A DNA stretch of 64,000 nt from Anolis carolinensis (lineage: Eukaryota): assembly GCF_035594765.1 (NCBI RefSeq), contig NC_085842.1, positions 253,467,747-253,531,746 of the forward strand, given 5' to 3'. Below the pieces are notes generated by a model. It ran no database searches, was not told where the DNA came from, and worked only from the letters and a program-made list of their open reading frames with translations. Made by a program: the position numbers and the translations under genes. Shown piece after piece: positions 52,961 to 64,000 of the stretch (the first letter of the stretch is position 1; each line of letters starts with the position of its first letter).

Positions 52961-53579
52961 TAGTAATATTAAAGTATAGTGGTGTGGTGCAATATGCTGG
53001 TATATAGTGCTAGTGTTGTGCTGTGCTGGTGATATAATACGCTGTATGTAAATATTTGTAAGCCACTCTGAGTCCCCTTCGGAGTGAGAAGGGTGGGATA
53101 TAAATGTACTAAATAAATAAATAAAGTCGCCTTCTAGGTTTGTGCTTTTGGACTCATCACAAAATTTCAATATAGCATGTTGTCTTCAAGGCATTTCCAA
53201 CTTCAGGTGTCCTTAAGGTGGCTCCTTATGGGATTTACTACGCAGGATTGTTGCGAAAAGAAACGGGAGGGGGAGGAGAGCTGTTTTGAGATTGGCCAAT
53301 CTGCACCATGAGTTCTGGCCAGGTTTTTAATGTACTTGCTGTGTTTTATGTGTTTTATGATGTGGTATATTTATTTTGTTTATATTGTTTTAATTCATGT
53401 ACTATGTTTTTACTTATGTTTTGTTAGGCTCGTTTCCTTGTGAGCAGCCCCAAGTTCCTTCGGGGAGATGGTGGTGGGATATAAAAATAAAGTATTATTA
53501 TTATTATTGCCCATACAGGCTTAAGAAGAATAATCAAAAGAGTTAACTTATCAGGATACCCTATTTGGTGGAGACAAGA

Positions 53580-53900
53580 CTTGATGAACCAACCTAGATA
53601 CAGCATATTATTTGGTAACACAGAAATGCTGGACCACTCTAACAACCACTATGCAGACTACGCAGAGAAGCCACTGAAATCCACAAGCATGTGGACAATT
53701 TCAACAGAAAGTAGGAAACCATGAAAATGAACAAAATCTGGCTGCCAGTATTAAAAAAAAACTCTAAAATTTGGAGAGTAAAGAACAACACTCAGAAGAC
53801 AGGAATTCAAGACATGAAACAATCAGGGCCAGCTAAACCTCCTAACAGGATTCTCCCAGGCAGTAAACAACCAGTCCTCGAAACCGCAAGGCCATTGAAG
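53580..53900 (+). mobile_element. Penelope-like GIY-YIG C-terminal fragment
   Basis: ..NTEMLDHSNNH..EATEIHKHVDNFNRK*ETMKMNKIWLPVL; reverse complement of 49110-49430. Confidence 0.85.
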
Positions 53901-54310
53901 TTACTACTGAAACTGGGCTTGGCTTGGGGCCGCTGACTTCTCTGCCAATGCTCAACTTTCAACTCTGTTCCTCCTGGGCTTTAGTGGTGACTTTTGTTTT
54001 TATTTTGCTTTCAGATTAAAAAAAAATATTATTCTTTTTATTTTGTGGAGACTTCTCTTAATTTTCTTGCTGGCTCATGTTTATCACTGATGACTGAGCT
54101 TAGCAAAATATACAATTTAATTATATTATGTTTATTTAAGTTCAATTATGTATTTTTATTTAATTTTATAAGTTTATTGTGAGATTGTTTTATCTACCCT
54201 TTTTAACTTGATTCATCATTGTCTGTTTTCGGCATTGAATGTTTGCCATCTTGTTACCTTTGTTGGAAACTGCTCTGAGGTCCTCGGTGAGATAGGGTGG
54301 GGTCCAAATA

Positions 54311-54344
<34 letters not shown>

Positions 54345-54500
54345 TTGTTGGAAGGCTTTCATGGCCGGAATCACTGGGTCGCTGTGAGTCTTTCGGGCTG
54401 TATGGCCATGTTCCAGAAGATTGACCTCTGAGGATGCTGGCCACAGATAAAACTTCAGAAACATGGCCATATAGCCCGAAAGACTCACAGCAACCCAATG
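54345..54500. mobile_element. Penelope pseudo-LTR inverted repeat (48-bp arms)
   Basis: Arms 54372-54419 and 54453-54500 around a spacer containing cctCTGAGGAtgc. Confidence 0.8.
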
Positions 54501-54516
54501 GTAATCATTATAATTA

Positions 54517-54839
54517 AAGTAGAGTCTCACTTATCCAACATTCACTTATCCAACATTCTGGATTATCCAACACATTTTTGTAGTCAATGTTTTCAATACA
54601 TTGTGATATTTTGGTGCTAAATTCGTAAATACAGTAATTACTACGTAGCATTACTGCCTACTGAACTACTTTTTCTGTCAAATGTGTTGTATAACATGAT
54701 GTTTTGGTGCTTCATTTGTAAAATCATATCCTAATTTGGTGTTTAATAGGCTTCTCTTTAATCTCGCCTTATTATTCAACATATTCGCTTATCCAACATT
54801 CTGCCGGCCCGTTTATGTTGGATAAGTGAGACTCTACTG
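54517..54839. mobile_element. Tc1/mariner-type MITE; second copy at 57403-57720
   Basis: TIR AGTAGAGTCTCACTTATCCAAC; TA flanks. Confidence 0.85.
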
Positions 54840-54939
54840 TATTATTATTAAAAGCTAATCAAGGTGAGCTCTGTCTTGGGCTCGTCCATGAGTTCACGGA
54901 GTCAGAAGCAACTGAACGAATAAACAACAATCACGGTGC

Positions 54940-55133
54940 CCAATTATTACATTTACACCTGCCTCAAGCAGGCAAGAGCTCTTTCTTCCACCCTGGACTT
55001 TCCACAGATATATAAACACTCTCGCCTAGTTTCCAACAGACCTCACAACCTCTGAGGATGCCACAGATGCAGGCGAAACATCAGGAGAAAATGCTTCTGG
55101 AACATGGTCATACGGAAAACTCACAGCAGCCCA
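54940..55133 (+). mobile_element. Penelope pseudo-LTR abutting the HABP4 promoter
   Basis: TATATAAA 55009, hammerhead motif 55049-55085, then aggagaaaatgcttctggaacatgg. Confidence 0.85.
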
Positions 55134-55139
55134 CCGACT

Positions 55140-55536
55140 ACTTTTCCTTCGCGAGTAACCACGTGACGCCATAGACGCTCTACACTATTGGTCCACGGCG
55201 TGGGAAATTCTATAAGCGCGCTCGGATTGGCCGGTTGAGGGGGAAAGAACGCACGGTGCCGATTGGGCGATGACTCGGCGTCGGAGGGACGCATTATTGG
55301 GTAAACCCCCTCCGGCAGAGGCGAGGGCGCGGATTGGTGGCGTCTTCCTAGCGTGGGCCGGCTCCTGAGCGCGGATTGGCCAGAGCCAGGCGAAGGGGCG
55401 GGCGCGCGGGCATGGCGTGGTGACTTGGGCCGCGCCGAGGCCGCTCTCGCCCTTTCTGTCGCAGTCAGGAGCGGGCGGGTGACGGTGCCTCCTCCTCATC
55501 TCCCTCGTCGTCGTCCTCGCCCTCCTCACGGCGACG
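55140..55536 (+). promoter_or_regulatory. HABP4 CpG-island promoter/5'UTR with E-box and six inverted CCAAT boxes
   Basis: CACGTGAC 55160; ATTGG at 55187, 55226, 55262, 55296, 55333, 55375; GC box near 55395. Confidence 0.8.
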
Positions 55537-55852
55537 ATGATGAAGGGCGCGCTGGCCAGCCCCGTGGCCGCCGCCGGCCCACCCGCCGCCATGCAGGAGG
55601 CCTTCGGCTGCGCCGTCGCCAACCGCTTCCACCAGCTCCTCGACGACGAGTCCGACCCCTTCGACATCCTGCGCGAGGCCGAGCGGCGCAAGCAGCAGCA
55701 GCAGGGCAAGAAGCGCGAGGAGGCCGCGGCTCCGGGAAGGAAGGCCGGCCCCGGAGCAGCGCCTCCCGCCAACGCCGCCAACGCAGCCAAGAGGGAGTCC
55801 CAGAAGGAACGCAAGGCCGCAGCCCTGCAGCCGGAGAGCCCTCCCGCGCCCG
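55537..55852 (+). CDS. HABP4: HABP4 (Ki-1/57, SERBP1 family) exon 1
   Basis: M(M)[53 protein letters not shown]; G|gtagga donor; start at 55537 or 55540. Confidence 0.94.
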
Positions 55853-56808
55853 GTAGGAAGCCACAGGGGCGCATGTACGCACTGGAATTAATGCAGTTTG
55901 ACGCCGCGGCCACTTGCTATGGAATCCTGGGAACTCTGCTTTGGCAGAGAAGGCCAAAGGCCTGGTAAAAAGTTCCACACCATTGAGCCCATAGCATTGA
56001 GCCGCGGAAGTTGAGGTGGTGTCAAAGTGCATTAATGCTTTGATATAGATCAGGTCTGGGCCAACTTGGGCCATCCGGGTGTTTTGGACTTCAACTCCCA
56101 GCATTCCTAACAGCCTCAGGCCCTTTCCTTTTCTCCCTCAGCCGCTTAAGGGTTAAGAAATGCTGGGAGTTGAAGTCCAAACCACCTGGAGGGCCCAAGT
56201 TGGCCCAGGCCTGATCTATACTGCAGAATGAATGCGGTTTGAAACCACTTTCACTACCATGCTTCAATGGGAGCAGGGACTTTACTGGTTTTGGCTTTCT
56301 CTGCCAAAGTGTGCTGGTGCCTCACCAAATTAGAACTCCACAGCATTGAGCAATGGCAGTCCAAGTGATGCTAAGCCATATTCATTCTACAGTATTCGAA
56401 TAAATCAGCTCTGATCAGTCTACCTCCAAATCTCTCCATGTTGGTGATGCACTTTTTAGTCATGCGTCCTTTCGCGACACGGTAGTTCGGTATTTCCATT
56501 TTACTGGCAAACCAACCCCTTGTAAGAATTTCATACAATATGTAATATCTATCTATATTAATATATGTTTCATGTAATCTCGATAAAAGAGGCTTGGAAT
56601 TTTCGATAGCTGCTCCACGTGGTTTATCACAAACTTCATTGTCAACAGATTTTTTTTGTTTCAATTTTTGAGGTAATTACTACAACTCAATCAATAAATC
56701 GTACAAATTATTAAGGCTATAACAGTATTTACGCTTGAACAACATTAGCCTTTGTTTGTTGGGCAGAGTATTTTTTTATGTGACTAGTGACTTCAAGTGA
56801 CACTAGTG

Positions 56809-56942
56809 CAGGCATGAGCAAACTTCAGCCCTCCAGGAGTTTTGGGCTTTAACTCCCACAATTCCTAACAGCCTACCGGCTGTTAGGAATTGTAGGAGTT
56901 AAAGTCCAAAACTCCTGGAGGGCTGAAGTTTGCCCATGCCTG
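56809..56942. mobile_element. hAT-type palindromic MITE (TIR CAGGCATG.GCAAACT); relatives at 38803-39000, 56051-56213 and 57779-57889, halves at 33550, 48732 and 58659
   Basis: Near-perfect hairpin; 8-bp TSD CACTAGTG on both sides. Confidence 0.9.
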
Positions 56943-59174
56943 CACTAGTGTGTCCCAACACACTGGGCCCTTCCACACAGCCCCATATCCCAGAAGACCA
57001 AGGCAGGAAATTCCACATTATCTGCTTTGAACTGGAATATATGATGGTGTGGACTCAGATAATGCAGTTCAAAGCAGATATTGTGGGAACAGTTTGGAAA
57101 GCTCTGGTGTGTACACACCCCAAACTGACTCATCCTTTCTGATCCCTTTCCTGCCCTCCAATAGCATCTAGATATGTTGTGGCATAGCAGGAAAAGTGGG
57201 GTGCAGAGAGGACACTCCCTCCTCACCTCATGATGTTTGACAGGTCAAAAACTAGAATTACGTCTCAGAACAATTGCATAGCCCACAAGTTTGGTTTTTT
57301 TTTTCTTGTTGTTTAAACCTGTTTCTGGGATGATTTGGGATGCTGATTCAGAAAATTGCAATTGGATAGAACACAGCAGCTATACTTTGTTAGATATGAT
57401 TACAGTGGAGTCTCGCTTATCCAAGCTAAACGGGCAGGCAGAAACATGGATAAGCGAATATCTTGGATAATAAGGAGGGATTAAGGAAAAGCCTATTAAA
57501 CATCAAATTAGGTTATGATTTTACTAATTAAGCACCAAAACATGTTTTACAACAAATTTGACAGAAAGAGCAGTTCAATACGCAGTAATGTTATGTTGTA
57601 ATTACTGTATTTATGAATTTAGCACCAAAATATCATGACATATTGAAAACATTGACTACAAAAATGGCTTGGATAATCCAGAAACTTGGATAAGCAAGGC
57701 TTGGATAAGTGAGACTACTGTATCGTGGTTTTCTATGAGTGAGCAGATGGCGATGGGTAGATGGCTTATGTTCTATTATAGATATGGGCAAACTTGGACC
57801 CTCCAGGTGTTTTGGACTTCAACTCCCACAATTCCTAACAGCCTACCGGCCTACCAAAACACCTGGAGGGTCCAGGTTTGCCCATGACTATTCTATTATC
57901 TCAAAAACTGGAGCTGAGAGGAGGAACTGGTTGCCATTTTTGGAATCAGCGGGTTAAATATACCCAGAAGAGGAAATATGCTTGGGGTGGGAAGAGAGGG
58001 AAGGAGGCCGCATTTCGGACTGGAGAGAGGCAGGGTGCTGCGTTTACATGGGCCTCTGCCCTTTGAGTTCACCTTTGACACTACTGTCACTGCCCTATGG
58101 TATCCTTGGAGTTGTGTTTTTAGAAGGTCTTTGGTGTCTTTGGGGTGGAATCGACGCGGCTTTTACACCGCTATAGCTGCTATGGTTTCAGTGCTGTGGA
58201 ATGCTGGGAGTTGCAGTTTCGCTTGGTCTTTGAGCCTTCTCTGCTAAAGAATGCAAAGGTTAACTCTCAGGATCGAATTGCATTCATGGGACAGTGTGGC
58301 TGCACCATGCGTGGAGTTCGGGGGCCTTGCTTGCGCGGGCGGGGGCAGTGGCGGAAGAATCCCGCGCCTCGTGCTCCCCGTGGGGCCCCTCCCTTCCCCT
58401 AGTGCTGGGCTTCCGGCTGCGCCTGCGCAGAGAGGCGCGATTGTGGCGTCTGCGGGGGAGTTTCCTCCTCACCTCCCAGCCCAGGGCACGCCTCCAGATG
58501 CACACATTTTAAGCCCCAGGCCTCAGTGGCGTGGAGTCATGGGAGTTGTCATTTGTGTCTTCTCTGCCAAAGAGTGCTACAGCCTCAGCAAACTACAACT
58601 ACCATGCATCCATAGCATTGAGTTACAACAGTTAGGGTGTTGTAACTCAATGCTATGCGGCTGAGAGGGAAACGGAAGGGGCCTGAGGCTGTTAGGAATT
58701 GTGGGAGTTGAAGTCCAAAACACCTGGAGGGCCAAAATTTGCCCTTGCCTGAGCTATAGGGACATATTACATCTCGAGACTTCCAGTAATAGTAAGCCTG
58801 ATATGCTACACAAATGATATAGCAATATAATAATAACACTGTGTAGAACACTATTTTTGTTCCTGGATTATACATTTCATTTCGTAATTGGTTCTAACAT
58901 AAAAGCATGCAAAAAGTTTATTAAACTGCCAAAACTTTGTTTTTGTGTGTGGAACATCCTGTTATAGCACATGTTGCTATTGTTTTTCAAAGTCTCAACC
59001 AATTCAGTTTAGGCCCCTTCCTCACTGCCATACAAAATCCAGTTTATCTGCATTAAACTGGATTATATGGCAGTGTAGACTCATATAATCCAGTTCAAAG
59101 TAGACAATGTAGATTATATGGCAGTGTAGGAAAAAGAAATTTCTGGAGTATAACAACTACTTTCAAAGTCATTA

Positions 59175-59483
59175 AGGTAAAGGTTTCCCCTGACATTAAG
59201 TCCAGTCATGTCTGACTCTGGGGGTTGGTGCTCATCTCCATTTCTAAGCCGAAGAGCTGGCGTTGTCCGTAGACACCTCCAAGGTCATGTGGCCGGCATG
59301 ACTGCATGGAGTGCCGTTACCTTCCCGCCGGAGCGGCACCTATTGATCTACTTACATTTGCATGTTTTCGAACTGCTAGGTTGGCAGGAGCTGGAGCTAA
59401 CAGCGGGCACTCAAGCCGCTCCCGGGATTTGAACCTGGGACCATTCGGTCTGCAAGTTTAGCAGCTCAGCGCTTTCGCCACTG
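59175..59483 (-). mobile_element. Sauria-type SINE nested in a DNA transposon
   Basis: aaggtaaagg tail; same family as 2209 and 28548. Confidence 0.85.
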
Positions 59484-60852
59484 CACAGTTAAACAGGAAA
59501 TAACACTTGCAAATCAGGAACAAAAAAGTTTTCAAATTTTGCTGCATAGTGTAATAAAAGGGACTATCTGAGGCAGATGTAGCTCATTGAGATACAGTTC
59601 TACAAGCCTTGACATTTAATATAGTGCTTTTGGTTACTGTCAACGTTGCAGTGACTAATTACACGATTTTACTTATTTCGTGTCAAAAGCATTACATTAA
59701 AAACTAAGGTTAGAACTGATAAAATAAACGGACAACAAGCAGCTAAATAGTTTTAGACCAAAAACGGGCAACAGCGACTGCATTTTCTGTAGCTTTAAAC
59801 AGTCCTTTCTTGTGCATGAGGCAGGGCAGATGCTGAGTTGTTTGTTCTGCTTCATAGTCGCACAAGGTGGAAGATTCTTCTATGTAGTGCCATTTTGCCA
59901 GGTTGCCTTTTGTTCTGCCAACTCCACTTCTGCGACTGTTCGGGGACTTCCAAGTTGCCCATTCTTGGTTTGCCCCTGGAGGAAGACCCAGATAACCCAG
60001 ATTTCAAGATAACCAAGATAAAGAAGCAGATCTTAGTGAAATGATTGGGGAAGTTGTGCCCCTCTAGACTATATGTATTTCTCATCAACCTAAGCAGCAG
60101 TGTCCATTAGGAGGGATTGTCGAAGCTGCAGTCTGGGAAAATTTGAGGGTGAATTCCCCATCCTTGACTTATTGGAACCGTTTGATAGTCCCATTGTATT
60201 ATAGTGAAAATGTAACAGCAGTATTAAGTTTCTTGATAAATTTTATGCTGCAGATGTAAGGGAAGAACTGCTGAGTGAATCCTGTTGTTAATATTGGTGC
60301 TATGAAGATAACTTGCATAAAGCTTCTCGCCTGGGATTTACTTCCTTCTAACACCGCTGTTGTCTTACTGATACTTTTATCTTCCTTTGTTATTGATGGT
60401 TAATCCACATAAACAAGTTCTGTGCAGAATGCTTGAGTATGCATGCAGTGCTAAATTCATTGTGAAATGCTGCTACTGCCTTTTCCCATACTTTTTTGTA
60501 TTGTTACAGAATGTACTTACAGACTCATGTCTGTACAATGCATCCTCTTGTTTTTACACAAGCGCTCACAAGCTAGAAGTTGAATTCATTATCACTTCTA
60601 CTGCTTGAACTGCCTAACTATTTCAAGTGCAGATTAATTTACTAGATGTTTCTATGCCTGAGGTTATCTTAGGTTTTTCCAACTTAATGTTATGCTACTG
60701 TCAGTAGTACATATCAACAGTGGTTCGACAATAGTTTTCAAAGTAGTTCTATTTTATGATTGGCATCTTCTTGGATGTTACTACATTTGGTTCTCCATAT
60801 TCCTGGGGTTAGGCATGCAGGGTCCCCATGAAAGTGGAAAAATGTGTGTGTG

Positions 60853-60886
<34 letters not shown>

Positions 60887-62439
60887 AAAAACACTTTTTT
60901 CCTGAGATAATTTCTGCTAGATGTTGATTATGGAGTTGCATTGGAGGAGTTGAAGATTCCATATGAATCAAATAATTAATAATTTCAGTGGCCAAGACAT
61001 ATTTTGGTGCCTCAAATGTTAACCCTGTTTCTGGGTATATTAGACCTGCTGATTCTGAAACTGGCACCAATTTTCACCTGTCAGTTCTAGTTTTTGAGAT
61101 GCAGATGCCACTTACCAGTCTTCTTCTTCTTGCCCATAAGAAATCATGATAACCGTATCTAAGAAACTAGAGCTTGTGCAGTCTATCCCAATGCAGTTTT
61201 CTAAATTAGCGCCCCAAATAACCCCAGGAAAAGGCCTAAAAACCAAGACACCAAGAAAAAAAACTTTTGTTTTTCTATGTTAATCCACAAAAGTTAACAC
61301 TATAAATGTGGCGGTCTGCTTGCACGTTCTCTCCTGCGTCCACAACTGTATAAATATGCTTTACATCTAAGGCTTTAATTTCATCCTGTATTGCATCTGT
61401 AGACTTTAATCTACAACTCACATTGAAGCAAAAATAATTTTATCTTTAAAGTGCTGTTGTATTCCATTTTATCTCCCTTTCCTTTCCTATGCATTGAAAC
61501 AAGTTTACAAAATGACAGAAACAATGAATTGTCATATTCTCTTACCTCTTTTACAAATGAATTAATATTAGGTTTTCCTCTCACAACAACAGAAAGCATG
61601 TAAGACCTTTTGGCAGCTGCCAGACAATAATGCTGCTGTTTTCACAGTTGGTTGGTTGACTTTCTGCCCATTATCTCTATGGGCAAATCTAGGGATTTGT
61701 CAGCTGTGTACAGTTCTGATTCTGCCAGATTGTAACAGCATGTAAACAGCATTCAGAAAAGATTGGAAAAATACAATGGCTCTTGTACATATATTTCAGT
61801 TAGGAACAATACTCTATCTTATTATTCTGTTATAATATTCATTAGAATATATAAATTTTACATGTGCTCAGACAGCGTAGAGATGCTACATTTGTTGTAA
61901 CTGGTCCTGAAAAGGTGCCTATGCACACGATGGCAGAAGTTTCCCCTGTTTTAAAGAATAAATATAACTGCTTTAACATTCTAATATTGGCCAATCTTCT
62001 ATTCCCCCCCCCCCCCCCCCCCAGTGAAATCTCATTGATGAGTAAGTGTGATGAAAATTCAGAGGTCTCTTTTTGATAAATGTCCCTTACCTATACACAC
62101 GTGAGTTCAGTATGGATATTTTTGCCTATTTCTACTCTCTTGTTTGTGATCAAAATTTCTATCACTTGCTCAGAGTAGCAATTAACTTGATTCGCATAGA
62201 CTTCTTTTTCAGTTATTGTGATGTTTGATTTAGCAGCAAGAAACCCATCAGCTATTTGTCTTTAAAGAGCATTATCAGTGATATGGAAAAATTGGGCCTT
62301 CTAAATGTATGTTGGTTTAACTATTTTGCTATGCTTCTCCATACATGCATGAACTTCATAACACGCAAAGAACTCCCACTTACAGAAATAAAATTATTTT
62401 AATGGAATAAACTGAAAATGTTCTCTTGGCACTCCATAG

Positions 62440-62587
62440 TCCAGAAGCGAGCTCCAAAAAGAGGAGAACAGCAGGGATGGAATGAAAGCAGAGGTACAGA
62501 TGTAAAGCAGGATAAAGCGGAATGGAAACCCTTCAGGGAATACCGTCCTCATGATACTGAAAGACAAGCAGAGTTAACACTTGAAAG
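62440..62587 (+). CDS. HABP4: HABP4 exon 2
   Basis: ccatag|[49 protein letters not shown]|gtaagt; 148 nt. Confidence 0.93.
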
Positions 62588-63439
62588 GTAAGTGCTGCTA
62601 TTGAGCATGTATAGTAGCCCATTGAAGTATTTTAAGTTTATTGTACAGGCTGCCATTTAGTTAGCAAGTTGGTTAGATGTTTCCAGGAGATAGTCAGCAG
62701 ACCCTCCATAGTGGCCAGCAAACTTGGTTCAAATGGCTTCCTTCCTTCCTTCTTTCCTTCATATTTGTAATATGAGTGGCATTTTCCTTTCTGCTGTTGC
62801 TGCCTCCTTCGATGTAATGCATCAAAAAGTTTGTTGAAATGTTGGGCTACCATTTATAGAATATTTCCCTTGGAATGGGATCAAGGAAATCTAAATCACT
62901 TCCATTTCTGGAGATAACAGTAACAGAATAATGTTTAAGTATTACTCATTGTAACGAAACAGTTAGTTTTGATTTGGTGTTTGCACATTTTCAGGAAAAA
63001 GTATTAGGCGCATGAGATTAAAATGTAGTTAAACTACCCAATATAGTCATGTATAAGTCTTGAAATTATAGCTTAAAAAATCAACTCAAAACCTGGGTTG
63101 ACTTACTTACAGGTCAGTGGGAGTGCTGTATTATACATTAAATCTTACCAAAAAAATTATCTCCTTCTGTGAGTAGAATAGCAAAAGGCAAGAGTTTAGT
63201 CCATCTCAGAGGAATCTAAAACAACAACGGCCCCCTCTACACTTTGTGCCGTGGTGCTGCTTCTGGCCTTTTTGAATGCCTGGCTCCAGAACCTGCCCTC
63301 CATTTATACATGAGGTCAAGTCATTTATAAATATATACGGTAGCTGTTACATATCATGATGGTATTTCTAGTGTATCAGCTTGAAGGTGATCTTTCTATA
63401 AGCAGAAACAAGCTAAAACTAAAGCACATTCTCATTTAG

Positions 63440-63601
63440 GCCAGTGGACCGATTTGATCGGGAAAGGCCAATGCGAGGTCGTGGCGGAGGAAGAGGTGGA
63501 ATGCGAGGCAGAGGAAGAGGTGGTGGAATGAATAGGACTTTCAATGGCTTTGATCAAAGAGGGAAACGGGAATTTGACCGGCAGAGTGGAAGCGATAAAA
63601 C
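63440..63601 (+). CDS. HABP4: HABP4 exon 3 (RGG box)
   Basis: atttag|[54 protein letters not shown]|gtaagt; 162 nt. Confidence 0.95.
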
Positions 63602-63818
63602 GTAAGTGCTCTGTATTTGCTCTTTCTATCTTCATATGTATCTTAATAAATAGTGTCTTAATAAATGGCACATAGATGTATCTTAAAAATAACACCTTTT
63701 CATGGATAATTGTGGTACAAAGTTTAACACACACATTCAACTGAATTTTGTATAGCAAGTAAAATACCTTGATTTCCATAATGAAGAAAACTAACACAGT
63801 TACTGTTTCTGTCTCTAG

Positions 63819-63890
63819 CGGTGTCCGAGGAGAAGAGAAACGGGGTGGAAGTGGACCTCGTAACTGGGGAACAGTTAAGGATGATCTGAG
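63819..63890 (+). CDS. HABP4: HABP4 exon 4; gene continues beyond the window
   Basis: ctctag|(T)GVRGEEKRGGSGPRNWGTVKDDL|gtatga; 72 nt. Confidence 0.92.
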
Positions 63891-64000
63891 GTATGATTAT
63901 GTGTTTTAGAGAGTGTCCTGGCTTGTAATTTTGTTAATCTGATGTGCTGCTTGTCCTCACCTCAGCACCTTGCATAGCTATGAGCCTGTTGTTGTTGCAT

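Noticed and set aside
55185-56104. Antisense and alternative-frame ORFs over HABP4 exon 1
   Set aside because: GC-rich shadow ORFs that run into MITE sequence.
59838-60088. Purine-rich exon-like stretch in HABP4 intron 1
   Set aside because: No clear splice-site pair and no similarity to HABP4 or any protein I recognise.
62671-62700. Possible HABP4 microexon for the FPDEK segment recalled from human
   Set aside because: The ag..gt-bounded piece is 16 nt, would shift the frame and has weak splice signals; exons 2 and 3 already join in frame.

Overview
Vertebrate genomic DNA, almost certainly a squamate reptile and probably Anolis, judged from its Sauria-type SINEs, Penelope-like elements, a Vingi-like LINE and dense hAT/Harbinger/Tc1 MITEs. 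It carries the amniote syntenic block HSD17B3 (minus, exons 1-6; rest outside the window), SLC35D2 (minus, complete, 12 exons, 335 aa), ZNF367 (minus, complete, 5 exons, 324 aa) and HABP4 (plus, exons 1-4; continues beyond the window). All exons were rebuilt by hand with GT-AG junctions and consistent phases; homologue comparisons are from memory, not database searches. Most ORF-track entries are spurious. Main non-genic signals: (1) the SLC35D2 promoter is a higher-order tandem array (about 120/90-bp units with a 20-bp sub-period) holding about 18 co-oriented Sp/KLF CCACGCC boxes; (2) Penelope pseudo-LTRs with minimal hammerhead-ribozyme motifs cluster around the three CpG-island promoters, with inversion junctions falling inside the ribozyme, although each copy has at least one defect; (3) six evenly spaced CCAAT boxes in the HABP4 promoter; (4) SERBP1-like motifs retained in lizard HABP4; (5) a local duplication with a filled and an empty MITE site, plus several nested transposon stacks.
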